Shown here piece by piece: positions 27,801 through 41,868 of a stretch of 64,000 nt of DNA (position 1 is its first letter; every line of letters starts with the position of its first letter). The position numbers were made by a program, and so were the translations under genes. The notes under the pieces were generated by a model. That model did no database searches. It was not told the DNA's origin and saw only the letters and a program-made list of their open reading frames with translations. The stretch covers positions 34,846,001 through 34,910,000 of the forward strand of contig NC_045696.1 of assembly GCF_009834535.1 (NCBI RefSeq). The letters are read 5' to 3'. The stretch is from Camelus ferus (Eukaryota).

Positions 27801-28020
27801 TATGCATGATTCAAACCCATGTGAATTGGTTGAGACACGTTATGTGTATAATATTTTGGTAAATGTTCCATATGCACTTGAATGTTTTGAAGTGGAGTGT
27901 TCTACGATATCAAACAGGTCAAGTAGTTGATAGTGTTTTTCAAATCGTACATATGCTTACTGATTTTCTCCTTGTTTCCATCTATTAATGAAAATGTTAC
28001 TACAATTTCCAATTATAATT
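24900..28020 (-). mobile_element. Old L1 (L1MB/L1MC-like) ORF2-3' region, fragmented, with nested insertions
   Basis: atccattcacttgttgatgacc...; accagcagtgtatgagtgttccatttcctccac; tcctaatgactaatgatgttgaagatcttttcat; ttttgcatctatat; caccagtgaaaccatc. These are antisense L1 hallmarks. Confidence 0.85.
25925..26362. mobile_element. Younger L1 insertion with 5' inversion (twin priming)
   Basis: An L1 3' UTR on the minus strand (to ~26145) is joined to a plus-strand ORF2 fragment ([21 protein letters not shown]...EWEKIFA). The 16-bp TSD TATTGTCACTTTTTAA is at 25909-25924 and 26363-26378. Confidence 0.9.
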
Positions 28021-29051
28021 TTTCTATTAATTAGAAATGTGTTTTGAAAAAATAAGTAGAATGAAGGAGCCAAGATCATCTGTACACTGGAAAGGGAAAT
28101 GAAAGGTACAAAAGAACAAGACATAGCAAACTGTTGTCTTTTCTTGGTTACCAGGCATTTGTTTTTCTTTTCTATAAAATTTTCAAGTCATCGCTCATTT
28201 TTGTAATTGGATGTTTGGGTTTTTATTGAATTGTTAGAGTTAGTTATGTGTAAAGTAGCTATCATCATCTCATATCTTGGTAAATGTTAATATTTGGGAA
28301 ATTTCTTAATCCATGTATATTGACTTAGTAATGAATGACATTGGACTTTTTGAATTTTAATATTCTATTGATTCTATTAGGTTTTCTATATTATAAATTG
28401 AATTTTCAGTTATATGCTATGCATAGAGATTTAATTTCTGCCTTTCATTGTATGTATCAAACAACATTAAATTGTAGTAGTGGTACTGCATATGCTTGTC
28501 TATTATCAGTTAATAATGGGAATAGCCATTTCAATACCAACTGAATGATTTGATTTTGCTTTCAGATTGATGTCTGTTTTCATTAAATAACTATTTTTTT
28601 CTTAGTAGGTTACTGATTTTTTATGAGAAATGGAGATTGGATTATGTAAAATGACTTTTTTGAGCACCTATTAAGATTTGTGATTATGAACATGACAAAT
28701 TATAAAGTTTCCTAATAATAAATTATCATTACATTTTTTTGAGTAAGATCAAATTGATGATAGTCCACAATTATTTTATTGTAATATTAAATGTTTTATT
28801 TTATTTAGAAATTTACATATGGTATAAGTGATATCTCTTTTTTATTTTCATGTTAATTTAAACTACTTTTGTCATGTTTTAATATCAGAATTACAACATA
28901 TTCTGAAAAAGTTCACATAACATTATAAATATATCTTCATTGAAAGTTTGAAAGGACTCAGCTGTAAAAGAATTTGGGGACAGAGAGTATTTGTGAGTTA
29001 ATTCTTGTATAAATTATGTTTATTTTCTTCCATAGTTACAGCTTCATTCAA

Positions 29052-29115
29052 ATTTCTACTACTTCTTACATTATCTTTAATATATTTCTACTACTTCTTA
29101 CATTATCTTTAATAT
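29052..29115. repeat. Perfect 32-bp tandem duplication
   Basis: ATTTCTACTACTTCTTACATTATCTTTAATAT x2. Confidence 0.95.
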
Positions 29116-29429
29116 ATATATGCTATAGCAAAATGTATTCTTTGAAACAGGAATGCCATTTGCTGAGTAAGTCTGAAAGTAAAAAAAAATTCAGAAATTT
29201 ATTTTTCTCTGGGTTTTGTCTTAAATTCTTGTTAGTCCCATTTGTTTTGAATTCCTTTACTCCTCTCCATATGATAGCAGGATTTCCCCCGTTGCATTCT
29301 TTCCACCTCACCTTTTTTTATTTTAAAGTTTTCATTGTATCTGGGTGCCAGAACTTGGTTGATACTTTAATGTCTCACCTTTCAGTGAAATTTTGTGTCA
29401 GATGTGTCTTTTCAAATTAACATCAAGTT

Positions 29430-30600
29430 AGGCATTTTAGAACTTTTTACTGACGTTAAGTAACATAGAATTTACATAGTGTAAGTGTTAGAGCTCAATT
29501 ATTATAGACTAATTTACTCATACAGTCAGCATCGAGGTCAAGACACAGAACATTATTACCACCCCAGAAGCTTTGTGGTCCTTCCTAATCTCCATCTCCC
29601 CAGATGTATTTTATCTTCATTATTAACACCATAGTATGGATTCATGTTGTACTTTCATGCATAAAATTATGAGTTATTTTTGTACATGTCATACCTTTTA
29701 CTCAACATTTTGTGTGTGGTATTAATCCATGTAGTTGCATAATGTTAGATCTTCTGATAATTTTCACTGTTGTTTGGTATTTTATTGAATGAATATATCA
29801 TAATTAATTTATATATTCTATTATCTTTTAGGGGTAATTAGGTTTGTTTATTATTTATTTTTAATTTTTTTAATAGAGGTACTGGGGATTGAACTCAGGA
29901 CGTTATGCATGCTAAGCAGGTACTCTACCACTGAGCTATACTCCCCCCTGTATATATTCCATTATTGATTGACAGTTATTCCTAGTTTGAACCTATTGGG
30001 AATAATGCTGTAATGAATATCCTAGTATATGTATTTAGATGCCAATATCATGCAATGCATGTCTTTTGGGGTATACCTGAATGGAATATAATATATACAT
30101 ATATATGTGTGTGTAAAATATGAAACATACTAATTAATCTATATAACCACCAATTATTGGCCTTGTCACATTTCATATTATCTTGATCACATCCTGATAA
30201 TATGTAGTAGATCTCTCTGTGGGTTTAAATACACACTTCACTGGTTTCTAAGGAGGCTTAGCTTTCTTTTTTTTGTATACGCATTAGCATTTGGATACCC
30301 TCCTTTGTGAAGTGCTTATTCATACGTTTTGCCTATGATTCTAATTGCATTGTCTTTTCTTAGCAACTTGCAGAAGCTGTCACAGATATATCTTTTTTTC
30401 AGATTTATGTATTGTAAATATTTTTTCACATTTTTCAACTTGCCTATAACTCTTTCTAAATATCATATCTCTTGATGATTTGTTCTTGATTTTAATTTAT
30501 CAATTTTGAATGGTTACAGCTTTTTATGTTCTGTTTAACAAATCCTTCCACACATCGAGATCACAGAGGGACTCCATACTACCTTCTAGAAGTTTGTTAC
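29430..30600 (-). mobile_element. Ancient L1ME-like 3' end
   Basis: gtcaagacacagaacattattaccaccccagaag; tactcaacatt; atccatgtagttgcat; cctttgtgaagtgcttattca. Confidence 0.7.
29825..29948 (-). mobile_element. tRNA-derived camelid SINE (Vic-1 type) with TSD
   Basis: The reverse complement is ggggggagtatagctcagtggtagagtacctgcttagcatgcataacgtcctgagttcaatccccagtacctc. The TSD TATATATTC(T/C)ATTAT is at 29810-29824 and 29951-29965. Confidence 0.9.
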
Positions 30601-30779
30601 AGTGCCACATGGTACACAGCGGGGTGTACTGTTCCCTCACCTCTTTAGAGTACTGGATGTAAAAATATACCACACAAAATCCAGCAGTCACAAGTCTTTA
30701 CTATTCATGCAGACAAAAGCAAAATGAAGGAAATTTTGGGGTGAGCAGAAGCTGTGTCTCACTGGCAAGAGTTTGCTTT

Positions 30780-31270
30780 TGGATGTCTGGCAGAGGAGAG
30801 GGAAGAGAGCAACTGAGGTTATGGAGGAAAGCTATATAGAGGTTAAATGGTAATATACTAATTTAGATGAGATATGACTATAGTATAAATTTAAATAGTG
30901 GAATTGGATAGAAAAAGATAAATTAAGACATGAAAGAGAGAAAGTCAACAGGTCCTGGTGTCTAAATGGTTTTGGATTGTGAAGCTGTCGAGGATGATTT
31001 CAAAGACTGAATTAGATAACTAGGATTTAGGAACTGAGATAGAAGATACAGAAAAAGAAGATTTCTTTATAAGGAGAAATAACTTTCTTGATTTTTATAT
31101 GTTTTGTGTTTGAATTCTTTTGGGGACTTTGGTTAGAGAAGTCTGATGATTAGTTGGAAATACAACTTCAAAGCTAAAGAGAAAACCAGGACTAGAGACA
31201 AAAAATTAGGAAGTTATTGGTGTATAAATACTATGGTTGATACTTGGAGAATTCCACAAAGAATGACCCA
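30780..31270 (-). mobile_element. L2 LINE remnant
   Basis: Purine-rich, with gaggatgatttcaaag, tagttggaaatacaac and ggactagagac...ttaggaagttattgg (antisense L2). Confidence 0.55.
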
Positions 31271-32069
31271 ATACTTGAAAACAAGTGAATTAAAATACCT
31301 ATAAGATGTATTTTAAAATAAATGTTAAGTAAGATTAAATATGTGAAAAGATACCTTGACATAAGAGAAAACATTCTAGCAGTAATAGGTTGATAGTAAA
31401 TAATTAGATAAGTGGACATATATGAGGAATAAAAGTGTCCTTTGGAAATTGGATTAATGAATCATAGAAGTATAGAAAAAAATCATGAAACCAAATTCTA
31501 ATAGTTATCATTCTTCAAGGGTCTTAAGGCCAGTGGTCTAATTGGCTAATCCCAGGGTCTGTTGGAATCACTTTTGGTTGTTTTGTCATACAGTGTGTCT
31601 TAAACATTAAAATTTAAAGAACAAATCCTTGACCATAAAAATGCACTGAAATAGTGTTATGTTGCACTATGTGTTGCCTTTTAAGAAACAGCATATCTAT
31701 TTTTCCCGAGTGGTAAATGCTGGTATCACTTTTGGCCCGCTACAAGAAGGTTCTGTTCTTTTATGAAGTTTCTATAGTTCATTTTAAAATCCTAAACATA
31801 ACTAAGATGATTTCTTAGGAATAAAATGAAAATAGGACAGACCTGGTGATGTAACTCAGAACTACAATGTGTTAAGAACAAAAGGAAAGAAACTAGAATT
31901 ATGGACTTTTGGAAGTAAGCTAAAAGTTGATACTGATGGGTAACTGAATCTAAACTGAAAGCCGACGTATCAGAAGAACTTCCATTTCACTTTTCTCTAA
32001 GATTCTCTTATTTCATACAATAAAGATATCAGATTTTTTTTAACTAAAGTAATCATTGAAAAAGTACTG

Positions 32070-32235
32070 TAAATAGCTATTACCTTTTATTGAGTATCTC
32101 TTATTTCATGGCACCATTACACATTTTAGATATGTATGTTAGACTTTCGCCCAATAAACATTATATTTGTCTATTTTACAGTTGGGCAGCTAGGGGTTTA
32201 AAATGTTTAATCCAAAAGTTACACACAGAGTAGTC
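32070..32235 (-). mobile_element. MIR SINE remnant
   Basis: accttttattgagtatctctta...ctattttacagttgggcagctagggg...aaagttacaca. Confidence 0.55.
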
Positions 32236-32289
32236 CTCTAGTCACTACAAATTGTCTGAGAAAATTAATATCTCTACTAGGATTTCTTC

Positions 32290-32317
32290 TGAACCATCTT
32301 TACCATTTTGTTAACAG
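32290..32317 (+). promoter_or_regulatory. Candidate 3' splice acceptor of the CSNKA2IP coding exon
   Basis: ccatctttaccattttgttaacag|g lies about 280 nt upstream of the ATG. This is inferred from sequence only. Confidence 0.45.
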
Positions 32318-32585
32318 GCATAATTTCTTCAAGAGGGAAAAACTCTAGGAAACGAAAGAGAAGACAGAAGAATTTCAGCCGGTGACGCTGTTTTCAACCT
32401 TATCTACACTTCAATTTTAAGATACTCTGTAATATTTAGGAGTTAACAGAAAGATTACAAGATAGATGGTAGTAACTATCAAAGTTTACTTGTAAGTATT
32501 TGTTGTCCATGGAATCCAGCTAAAAGACTCTATTAGTTACTAAAACATTCCTGCAAGCTAACTGCTTTTAGAAAGACCTCCATGA

Positions 32586-34790
<2,205 letters not shown>

Positions 34791-34866
34791 ATTAACTTTT
34801 TTGTTTCTTTGAAAGCAATTGACCTCTTAGTTCTTTGACATTAGAGTTTGATTTTCTACCATCCTT

Positions 34867-34872
34867 ATTAAA
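34867..34872 (+). terminator. Candidate poly(A) signal ATTAAA for CSNKA2IP
   Basis: ATTAAA lies ~77 nt after the stop and is followed by GT-rich tatgtgtgagtct. A second ATTAAA overlaps the stop codon. Confidence 0.55.
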
Positions 34873-35539
34873 ATTCTTGGTATTAACTATGTGTGAGTCT
34901 AGATTTTAGCTGATGAAGCACGTAGTTAAGAGAAATGATTGCTCTTAAGTCTATTTTCTAATTAAACAATAGGCCATGATCTCCTAGAAGCCAAAATTGT
35001 TTTTAACCAAACACCTAACTTATAGTAGCCACTATAAACTATAAAATAATTGTTAAATACATTCATCGTAATTGGCCATAGACCAGAAATACCTCATTTG
35101 TCTTCTCCTGAACAGTATCTAACTCATTGTTAATCTCCTTCCTCATAAAATATGATAATAACAGGATCCTTAAGCCAATTTATGCTGATCTGTTTCCCTG
35201 TCTCTAAAGAAAATTCAGATCATGTTCAGCAGGTAAAAATATATAGAAAGGAATCTTAGGAAAAAATCTTCTGTGCTAAGATCCCACACTCTGAAGTGCA
35301 ACGAATTACTCAACCTTAGTTAGTGAATCTCCAGAAAGAATAACTAACTGGTGCAGATAACCCTACCTCATGCTGACTGTGCCAACATTTAAATTATGAG
35401 CTCTAAAGTCACCTGCTCTTCACTTCTACCTACACAACCTAAATGTGTTAATAAAAATGTTTAAAAAATGTTTTTGTTCTACTGGGTCTCCTGGTAGTGG
35501 AAAGAGAAGGGAATTATCTTATCTACTCACCTTAAGTGA

Positions 35540-36990
35540 TTATCTCTATCCCCAAGGGATAGAATTCATTTCTCTTGCACACACTAATGACTCACAATTC
35601 TGCCTCTCCACTCCACATCTCTCTGATCACCAGACTGCATATGAGACATTCTCAATTGAAACACTGTGCAGGCATCTCAAACTCAACATGGCCAAACCAG
35701 AATTTATTATTTTTACACTTACAATTTGCATTTTTACATTACAGTCCTTTGACCTCTGTGTTCCCTATTTCAGTGGATGTACCACCATCTGTCATGGAGT
35801 CATGTTTGACTGTTTTTCTCATTTCCTGCCCCTCTACAAGTTTGTGAGTTCTATGGCCTTATTATCTCCAGAATCCAGCTTTTTTCTCCAATCCCATTGC
35901 CACTAATCTAGTTGTAGTCTCAGCATTTGTCAGCTGGATTGCTGCAATGTCTTCTAAGCATGCACCTTAACTTTTGAATGCAATTCTGAGACAAAATTTG
36001 GTAATGCCTCTCCACTGTTTGTAACCCTTTTATCATTGCCTGTGGTTTTCTGGGGCAAGTCTAAATTCCTTTTATGATTGAATCGTGATAATCTTTCAAA
36101 ACTGATTTCTTATTCTTCTCCAGTCTCAGCCACACTAATTTCTTTACAGTGCAAAGAATGTGCCAAGGCCTGTTTTGCATCTTTCACTTCTAAATAAATC
36201 AACAATTCTGCTGTCCAGAGAGATCTTTCCATCTATGCATTTTTGCTCTATTTTGTCTTAACATCTTCTGAGAAGTCTTTCCCTGATCCGCTTACAAAGA
36301 AAGGGTTTATTTGGCCTTCCTATCACCATGAAACTCTGTTTTCACTCTTTATGCTGCTTTTAACCATATTATAAAGCAATCTTTCCTTGTCAGTCTTCAG
36401 TCACTAGACTGAGAACTTCTTGTTCACCATTTTGGCTTTTTACCTAGTCCCTAAAGTGTGTGTTAATATTGAGTTAATGCTATTGAAGTTCTTTGTCTTT
36501 TTTTAAATTCTGAAATAAATAATGGTTCATCTCTCTGCTTCTTTCCCATAAGATTGGTATTGAATTTCTTTTTTGGTACATTTTGTCTTGGTGAGAACAT
36601 ACATAAAAATGTTACAGATGACAGCAGTCATCCTCATTTTATTTCTTATGTTAAAAGTGTTCCTTTCCAGTATATCAGTATTAAATATGGTGTTGGCTTG
36701 AGCATAACTGATCTCTGATAATGAGGAAGGACTTAGGTATGATATAATGTGTTCAAAGCTTTCTCCAACCTCTTTAGAAAACACTTGACATGTGCTCTAT
36801 TCATCCTGAACATCTCTTTTGATGATGCACCTCACTTGTGTAATTACTTGTTTAATATGTTCTCTATTAGAGTAAATTTCATGAGTGGAAGGCATGTATC
36901 TATCTTGTTTACCATTAACTTCTCAGGTCCTTGTGGTACCTGGCACGTATCAATTACTCAATAAATATTTATGGAATTAAATGAAACCAA
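35540..36990 (+). mobile_element. L2 LINE 3' region (fragmented)
   Basis: caggcatctcaaactcaacatggccaaaccagaa; cactagactgagaacttct; cctggcacgtatcaattactcaataaatatttatggaat (L2 3' end). Confidence 0.8.
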
Positions 36991-37559
36991 GGTGTTCAAC
37001 TGATTTTTATTTGTTGATGTAACTTACATGTTTACTTTTCCATCTTTTAGCTTATTTTCTAAACTTTATGCCTCATTGCAGTTTCTTTATTTTTCTTTTT
37101 GAGGGGGCTATTATTTAGTTGTTTTTAACTTCTCCATTGTATTGGCAGTTATTTATTTTGTTCTTAATCAGAACTGTGTCTAATTTCAAGGTTTTTTTCA
37201 AAAGAATTCTTTAACCATTATTTTCTAATTTCTTAATTTGGAAGTAAAATTGCATGAAACTTAAGGGGAAAAATGCATGGCAACAACAAATATCCGACTT
37301 CCTACCCCAGCTTCTACTGAGATACCAAGAGATTTCAAAATCGGAAACATGTCGTGCCAGAAAGGTTAAGAAATTTCTGCCAGATCTTGTACAGATGAGA
37401 CCAGATTTAAGAAGCGCAAAGGACTCAAAATTAACTATATTTAACTAAGAGAGATCATCTGAAAAGTAATAAGAAAAGATATTAATTGCATCTCATTAAT
37501 CCCTTTTTCCTTAAATGGAAAGGCCTGGATATGCAAATAGGTTACATGGCAATTGGGTA

Positions 37560-38400
37560 GGAAATTGGATTCTATGAGTTGTCACATTTTGATCAAACCA
37601 ATTACTATAAAGTGGTATGACATATCTGGATGACAATTGACAATAATATCAAAGCCTTAATAATATACATAATAATTTCCTTATGATCATCTTCCTTGGA
37701 ATTTATTTTAAAGAAATTATCATGACTATGGAAAGTCATACAGACAAGTAAGCATTGTGTTTCTCTGTAATAGGGATTGGAAAATGTCTAGATGATCATT
37801 AATAGAAAATTGTTTAACTACATCATGATCCATATATATAATGCTTTTCCTAATGAGAAAAACGTTATTTCTAATACTGTACCCACATTTACGTTAGGAA
37901 TGGAACTACCTTCTTTAGGAAAATATCTTGTTGAGAAGACTTGGGCATGGATAGTGATCCTGACTGGGTGTTGAAAAAAGAAAGTGAAACAAAGTGAAAC
38001 AAAGAGGAGATAGCTAAATTACTGCATTTAAATTTCAAACAGGAACTTTTCAATAAGAGACAGTGAAAAGAGAAAGAATATATCATTTATGATTTAAATG
38101 AAAACATACTCAGATTATAAGACAGATCACATGCAGTTTATATATGATTCTACCTTGCAAAACATTGAAATTATGTATATATGTATCTGTGTGTGTGTAT
38201 TTGTGTAAAGTCTATTTCATATATATGAGAAAGACACAGTGACTGGAAGTAAACACCAAAACGTTGAATAAAGGTGGTTGTTACTGGGGAATAGTTATAA
38301 TGGAGTGTTTAGAAAATGGGTATGTTTTTTTCTTTTTATTTTCTATATTTTCCAAATCTTTAATAGATTGTTAATTCTTTTATAACCAACTTAAAACAAA
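37560..38400 (+). mobile_element. Ancient L1ME-like 3' remnant
   Basis: atctggatgacaattgacaataatatcaaag; ccttggaatttatttaaagaaattatc; actggaagtaaacaccaaaacgtt...gtggttgttactgggg. Confidence 0.6.
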
Positions 38401-39287
38401 TGCTATAAAAATGAAACTTGTGCTGTCTCCGCTATTTTAGAGGAAATATGTAGCATAACAATTTTGCTGTTCCAATCCTTTCCACTTGTTGGTATCATTT
38501 GTGGCTTTACAAAAGGTACATACAGAAAATTCACATTATTATGAGATATCTTCAGGAGAAATGCATTTCCATTGTTTTAGAGTCTATTAAAATATTTTTA
38601 AAATTCTATATTCTCTACTTCAATATTCATTGCCAGACTTCTTATACTATTTTTTTTATTTATTTGTGCATTTGTTTATTTTTAATTATGAAATATTCTA
38701 AACCCATAGAGAATGATAATATGTTGAGGAAAGTCTTTATACCACTATCCAGCTTTATCAAATCTTATTCTCTGGTTATGTTTAATTCATGTGTTAAAGA
38801 AATAATATGAGTGCTAACCTCCATGTATAAAACTACCCAGGAACCCAATCTTATCCTGCACCCTCCAGAAGTAACCACAGTCATGAATTTGCTGTAAGTC
38901 ATATTTGTCTATTTTTTTTAGAAATTTACTAAATATTTATGAAGACATATAAATCTATTCTTGGGAATGTTTTAAAGCTTTGTACATACTTCATTATAAT
39001 GCATTTTAACATTTTAAAATATGTATTTTTTGACCTGGAGTATGTTTTTGAAATTTACCCTTGTTGTGAGATATAGGTAGGTTATTCACTTTCATTTCCA
39101 CTGATGTCTATATATCTATATTATCTATACATGTATATACACAATTATATACATATACATACATGTGTATTATATAATTGCATATAATTGCATAGTGTAA
39201 AGTTATTACAATTTATGTATTCAATTTTTGGTTGAGTAGTTAACTTACATTTTTTACATTACTTACAATGTTGCCTTGACATTCTTT

Positions 39288-39516
39288 AAATTTTTTGTCA
39301 TTGAGGCATAATTGACAAATTATATTAGTTTCAGGTGCACAACATAATGATTTGATATAAGTATATATTGAAAAATGATCACCACAGTAAGTCTAGTTAA
39401 CATCCATACACATATATAGTTATAAAATTTTTTTCTTGTGATGATAACTTCTAAGTTCTACTCTCTTAGTAACTTTCAAATATGCAAGGCAGTGTTATTA
39501 ACGATAGTCACCATAT
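39288..39516 (-). mobile_element. L1MA-type 3' end insertion with 9-bp TSD
   Basis: attgaggcataattgacaaattatattagtttcaggtgcacaacataatgattt...ttctactctcttagtaactttcaa...atagtcaccat. ACATTCTTT is at 39279-39287 and 39517-39525. Confidence 0.8.
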
Positions 39517-39569
39517 ACATTCTTTTTCACATCCTATTTTGCACATCACAGGAAGTTCTCAAGAGTCAT

Positions 39570-39725
39570 ACTGTGCAACATCTGGTCCATGGGTTAGTAG
39601 CATCAGTCTCACCTAGGATCATGTTAGAAATGCAGTCTGTCACCTCGTCTCAAATATACTGAATCATAGTCTGAATTTTATATCAGGTAAATTTTATGCC
39701 CTTTAAGTACATGTGAAACATTGCC
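39570..39725. mobile_element. MER5A/B-like DNA transposon
   Basis: tggtccatggg...gcatcagtctcacctaggatcatgttagaaatgcag...tactgaatca. Confidence 0.65.
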
Positions 39726-39763
39726 TCAGAATATATAACTTAGAGTAGAATTGATGATTGCAA

Positions 39764-40270
39764 CAGTGTTGTCCAGTAAAAATATAACATGAGTCATATG
39801 TAATTTCTTGTAGCCACATTAGAAAGCAAAAAGAAGTAGATAAAATTATTTTAATAGTATATTTTATATAACATATACCTAAATTTTTCCATTTCAAAGT
39901 GTAATTAAGATTTGTTTTCAACCAGGGTTGATTTTGCCCCCAGGGGATATCTGACAATGTCTACAGACATTTTTGATTGTCACCACTGGAAGATGTTTTA
40001 GACATTCTAGGTCACGACTAGGTAAAGGCCAGGAATGCTGCTAATTATCATAGAATGCAATGAATAGCTGCCAACAAAGAAGTCTCCAGTCTAAAATGTT
40101 AATAGTGTTAAGGTTGGGAAACCTTAAATTCATATTACAAATATTAGTGTGATATTTTATTTTATTTTTTGTTTTCAGGCTTCAAAATCTGTTGAATTTA
40201 ACATTTAGAGCACTTCATAATTCAGACTAGCCATGTTTCAAACACTCAACAGCCAGAATGGAACAGTATA
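39764..40270. mobile_element. MER33-like hAT element split by a MER20
   Basis: It begins cagtgttgtccagtaaaaatataacatgagtcatatgtaattt and ends cagactagccatgtttcaaacactcaacagcca. Confidence 0.7.
39909..40126. mobile_element. MER20 hAT-Charlie MITE
   Basis: ttttcaaccagggttgattttgcccccaggggatatctgacaatgtctacagacatttttgattgtcac...aggccaggaatgctgctaa...aaaatgttaatagtgttaaggttgggaaacc. Confidence 0.9.
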
Positions 40271-40765
40271 GGAATATAGCATGAAAGCATTTTAAAATTT
40301 GCTAGATAATGCCAAATTACCACTATTATACACACCAACAAATAATGTATGAGAGCTCCTACTGCTTTGTCATCTCATCATCACTCATTTTCAGGGTTTT
40401 AAATTCCTGGCTTATATTAATAATACAGTTCATACTAATATATTGATTTCCTTGTACTATATTAAAATTTTTTACATCTCTTATTGCTAATTACCTTAAA
40501 CATATTTTCATGATCTTCTAGGTTTCCTTTGTGTCTTGCCTTCACAAGCTTTGCTCATCATACTATTGTGTGCTCTATTTCTTATTAATTTGTAGAAATT
40601 TTTAATATGTATATTCCAAGCATATACTCTTTGGCTTGGTTTGATATTAACCGATCATTGCACTCTCTCAGTTTTTGTAACTTGCTCACCATGTATTATT
40701 ATCATACTCGGCCGAATTCAGTTTTCTAAAACTAACTTAAAATCACACATTTGTGTTCAAAAGTG

Positions 40766-41275
40766 TTGTAGAAATAAAGACTAACCAAATGAGAACAAGA
40801 AAAGTCTATTGCTATAGCAAAGGAGTCAGCCACCATTACTCGCATTTGGCAGAAACTCACAGGCAGTGGAAAAGCTTTATAGTGGGAAAAAAGGGAAGGC
40901 TTCAGGTCTGCCCTGATTGGAAGCTGTTGGCATGGGGAAACTGTAGGTGGGCTAACCAGAAGAAGGGCATCATATGTGATTGGTTAGGGGTGCATATTTG
41001 TCTTTCTCTGATTGGTCCTAAGTTGGAAATGGAGACAAAAATTCGGGAGGCTATCAGTTGTTAATCATGCCCTGGCCATTTTGGGCCACTTGTTACAGGG
41101 GTTATTGTTTGACTTCCTGGATTTTTGCTAAAGAGAGTGGTCATAGATAGCAGGCTGGCTTCCTGGGCTGGTTACAACAGATAGTGTTGGTTTCCTGGGC
41201 TGCTAGTTTCAGGTTGAATGTCAGAGTTCTGTCTTTAAGTGTTGTCTGGCCATTCTGTTTTTATGTTTAGCCTTA
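40766..41275 (-). mobile_element. ERV1 LTR (MER89/MER90-like)
   Basis: accaaatgagaacaag...gctatagcaaaggagtcagccacc...ctttatagtgg...tgattggttaggggtgcatattt...ggcttcctgggctggtt. The minus strand has a TATA and multiple CCAAT boxes. Confidence 0.75.
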
Positions 41276-41299
41276 GAGATTTGCTTTGTCCCTATTGAA

Positions 41300-41868
41300 T
41301 TAGCTACCACTTGTCTTACGGGCAAAATCTCCAACTGATGTTAACCAAATTCACAGTGCATCCCCTGTCAAGATTCAAATAGATCTCTCAAAATCTCTCC
41401 CCAGAATTAATCAACACCCTACACATAAAGAATTCCTTCAAAGTCTAGAGTCCATAATAAAAGATCACAAGATTCAAGGACTCATTATACATTTTACTGG
41501 TCTCTGTAATACTCCTGTTTTGCTGGTGGAAAAAGCCTAAGGGTTGAGGGTGGAGATTGATCATGACCTCCAAGCAATAAACATTACTGTCCCTTGACAA
41601 CCTCTTTTTCCTAAACTGCTTGTCACTAACATTCATTCCCACTGGAAGTAAATTCTTTACTGTAATTAGTATATGCAGGGCATTCTTTAGCATTCCAGTT
41701 AATGAAACTAGCCAATATCTTTTGCCTTCACTTAGGAAGAACAATTCACCTGAACAGTAATGCCTGTATTTTACTGAGAGTCCTCTTATTTCTCACAAAT
41801 CTTGACAGCTGATCTGGATGATGTAAAATTCCCTAGGGATTCTACTTGGTTCCAATATGTGGATGATT
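41300..41868 (+). pseudogene. Decayed ERV1 (gammaretrovirus-like) pol reverse transcriptase fragment
   Basis: My translation gives IHSASPVKIQIDLSKSLPRINQHP...CNTPVL...IPTGSKFFTVISICRAFFSIPVNETSQYL...TVMP...YFSQILTADLDDVKFPRDSTWFQYVDD (YVDD at 41856-41867), with stops and frameshifts. Confidence 0.85.

Larger units (their letters stand above)
38680..40620 (-). mobile_element. Ancient L1ME-like remnant hosting several nested elements
   Basis: ccagaagtaaccacagtcatgaattt; tgccaaatt...acaccaacaaataatgtatgagagctcc. Confidence 0.55.

Noticed and set aside
35445..35906. 153-aa ORF downstream of CSNKA2IP
   Set aside because: It lies in an L2 remnant (RHLKLNMAKPEFIIF is L2 ORF2-like) and has a non-ATG start.
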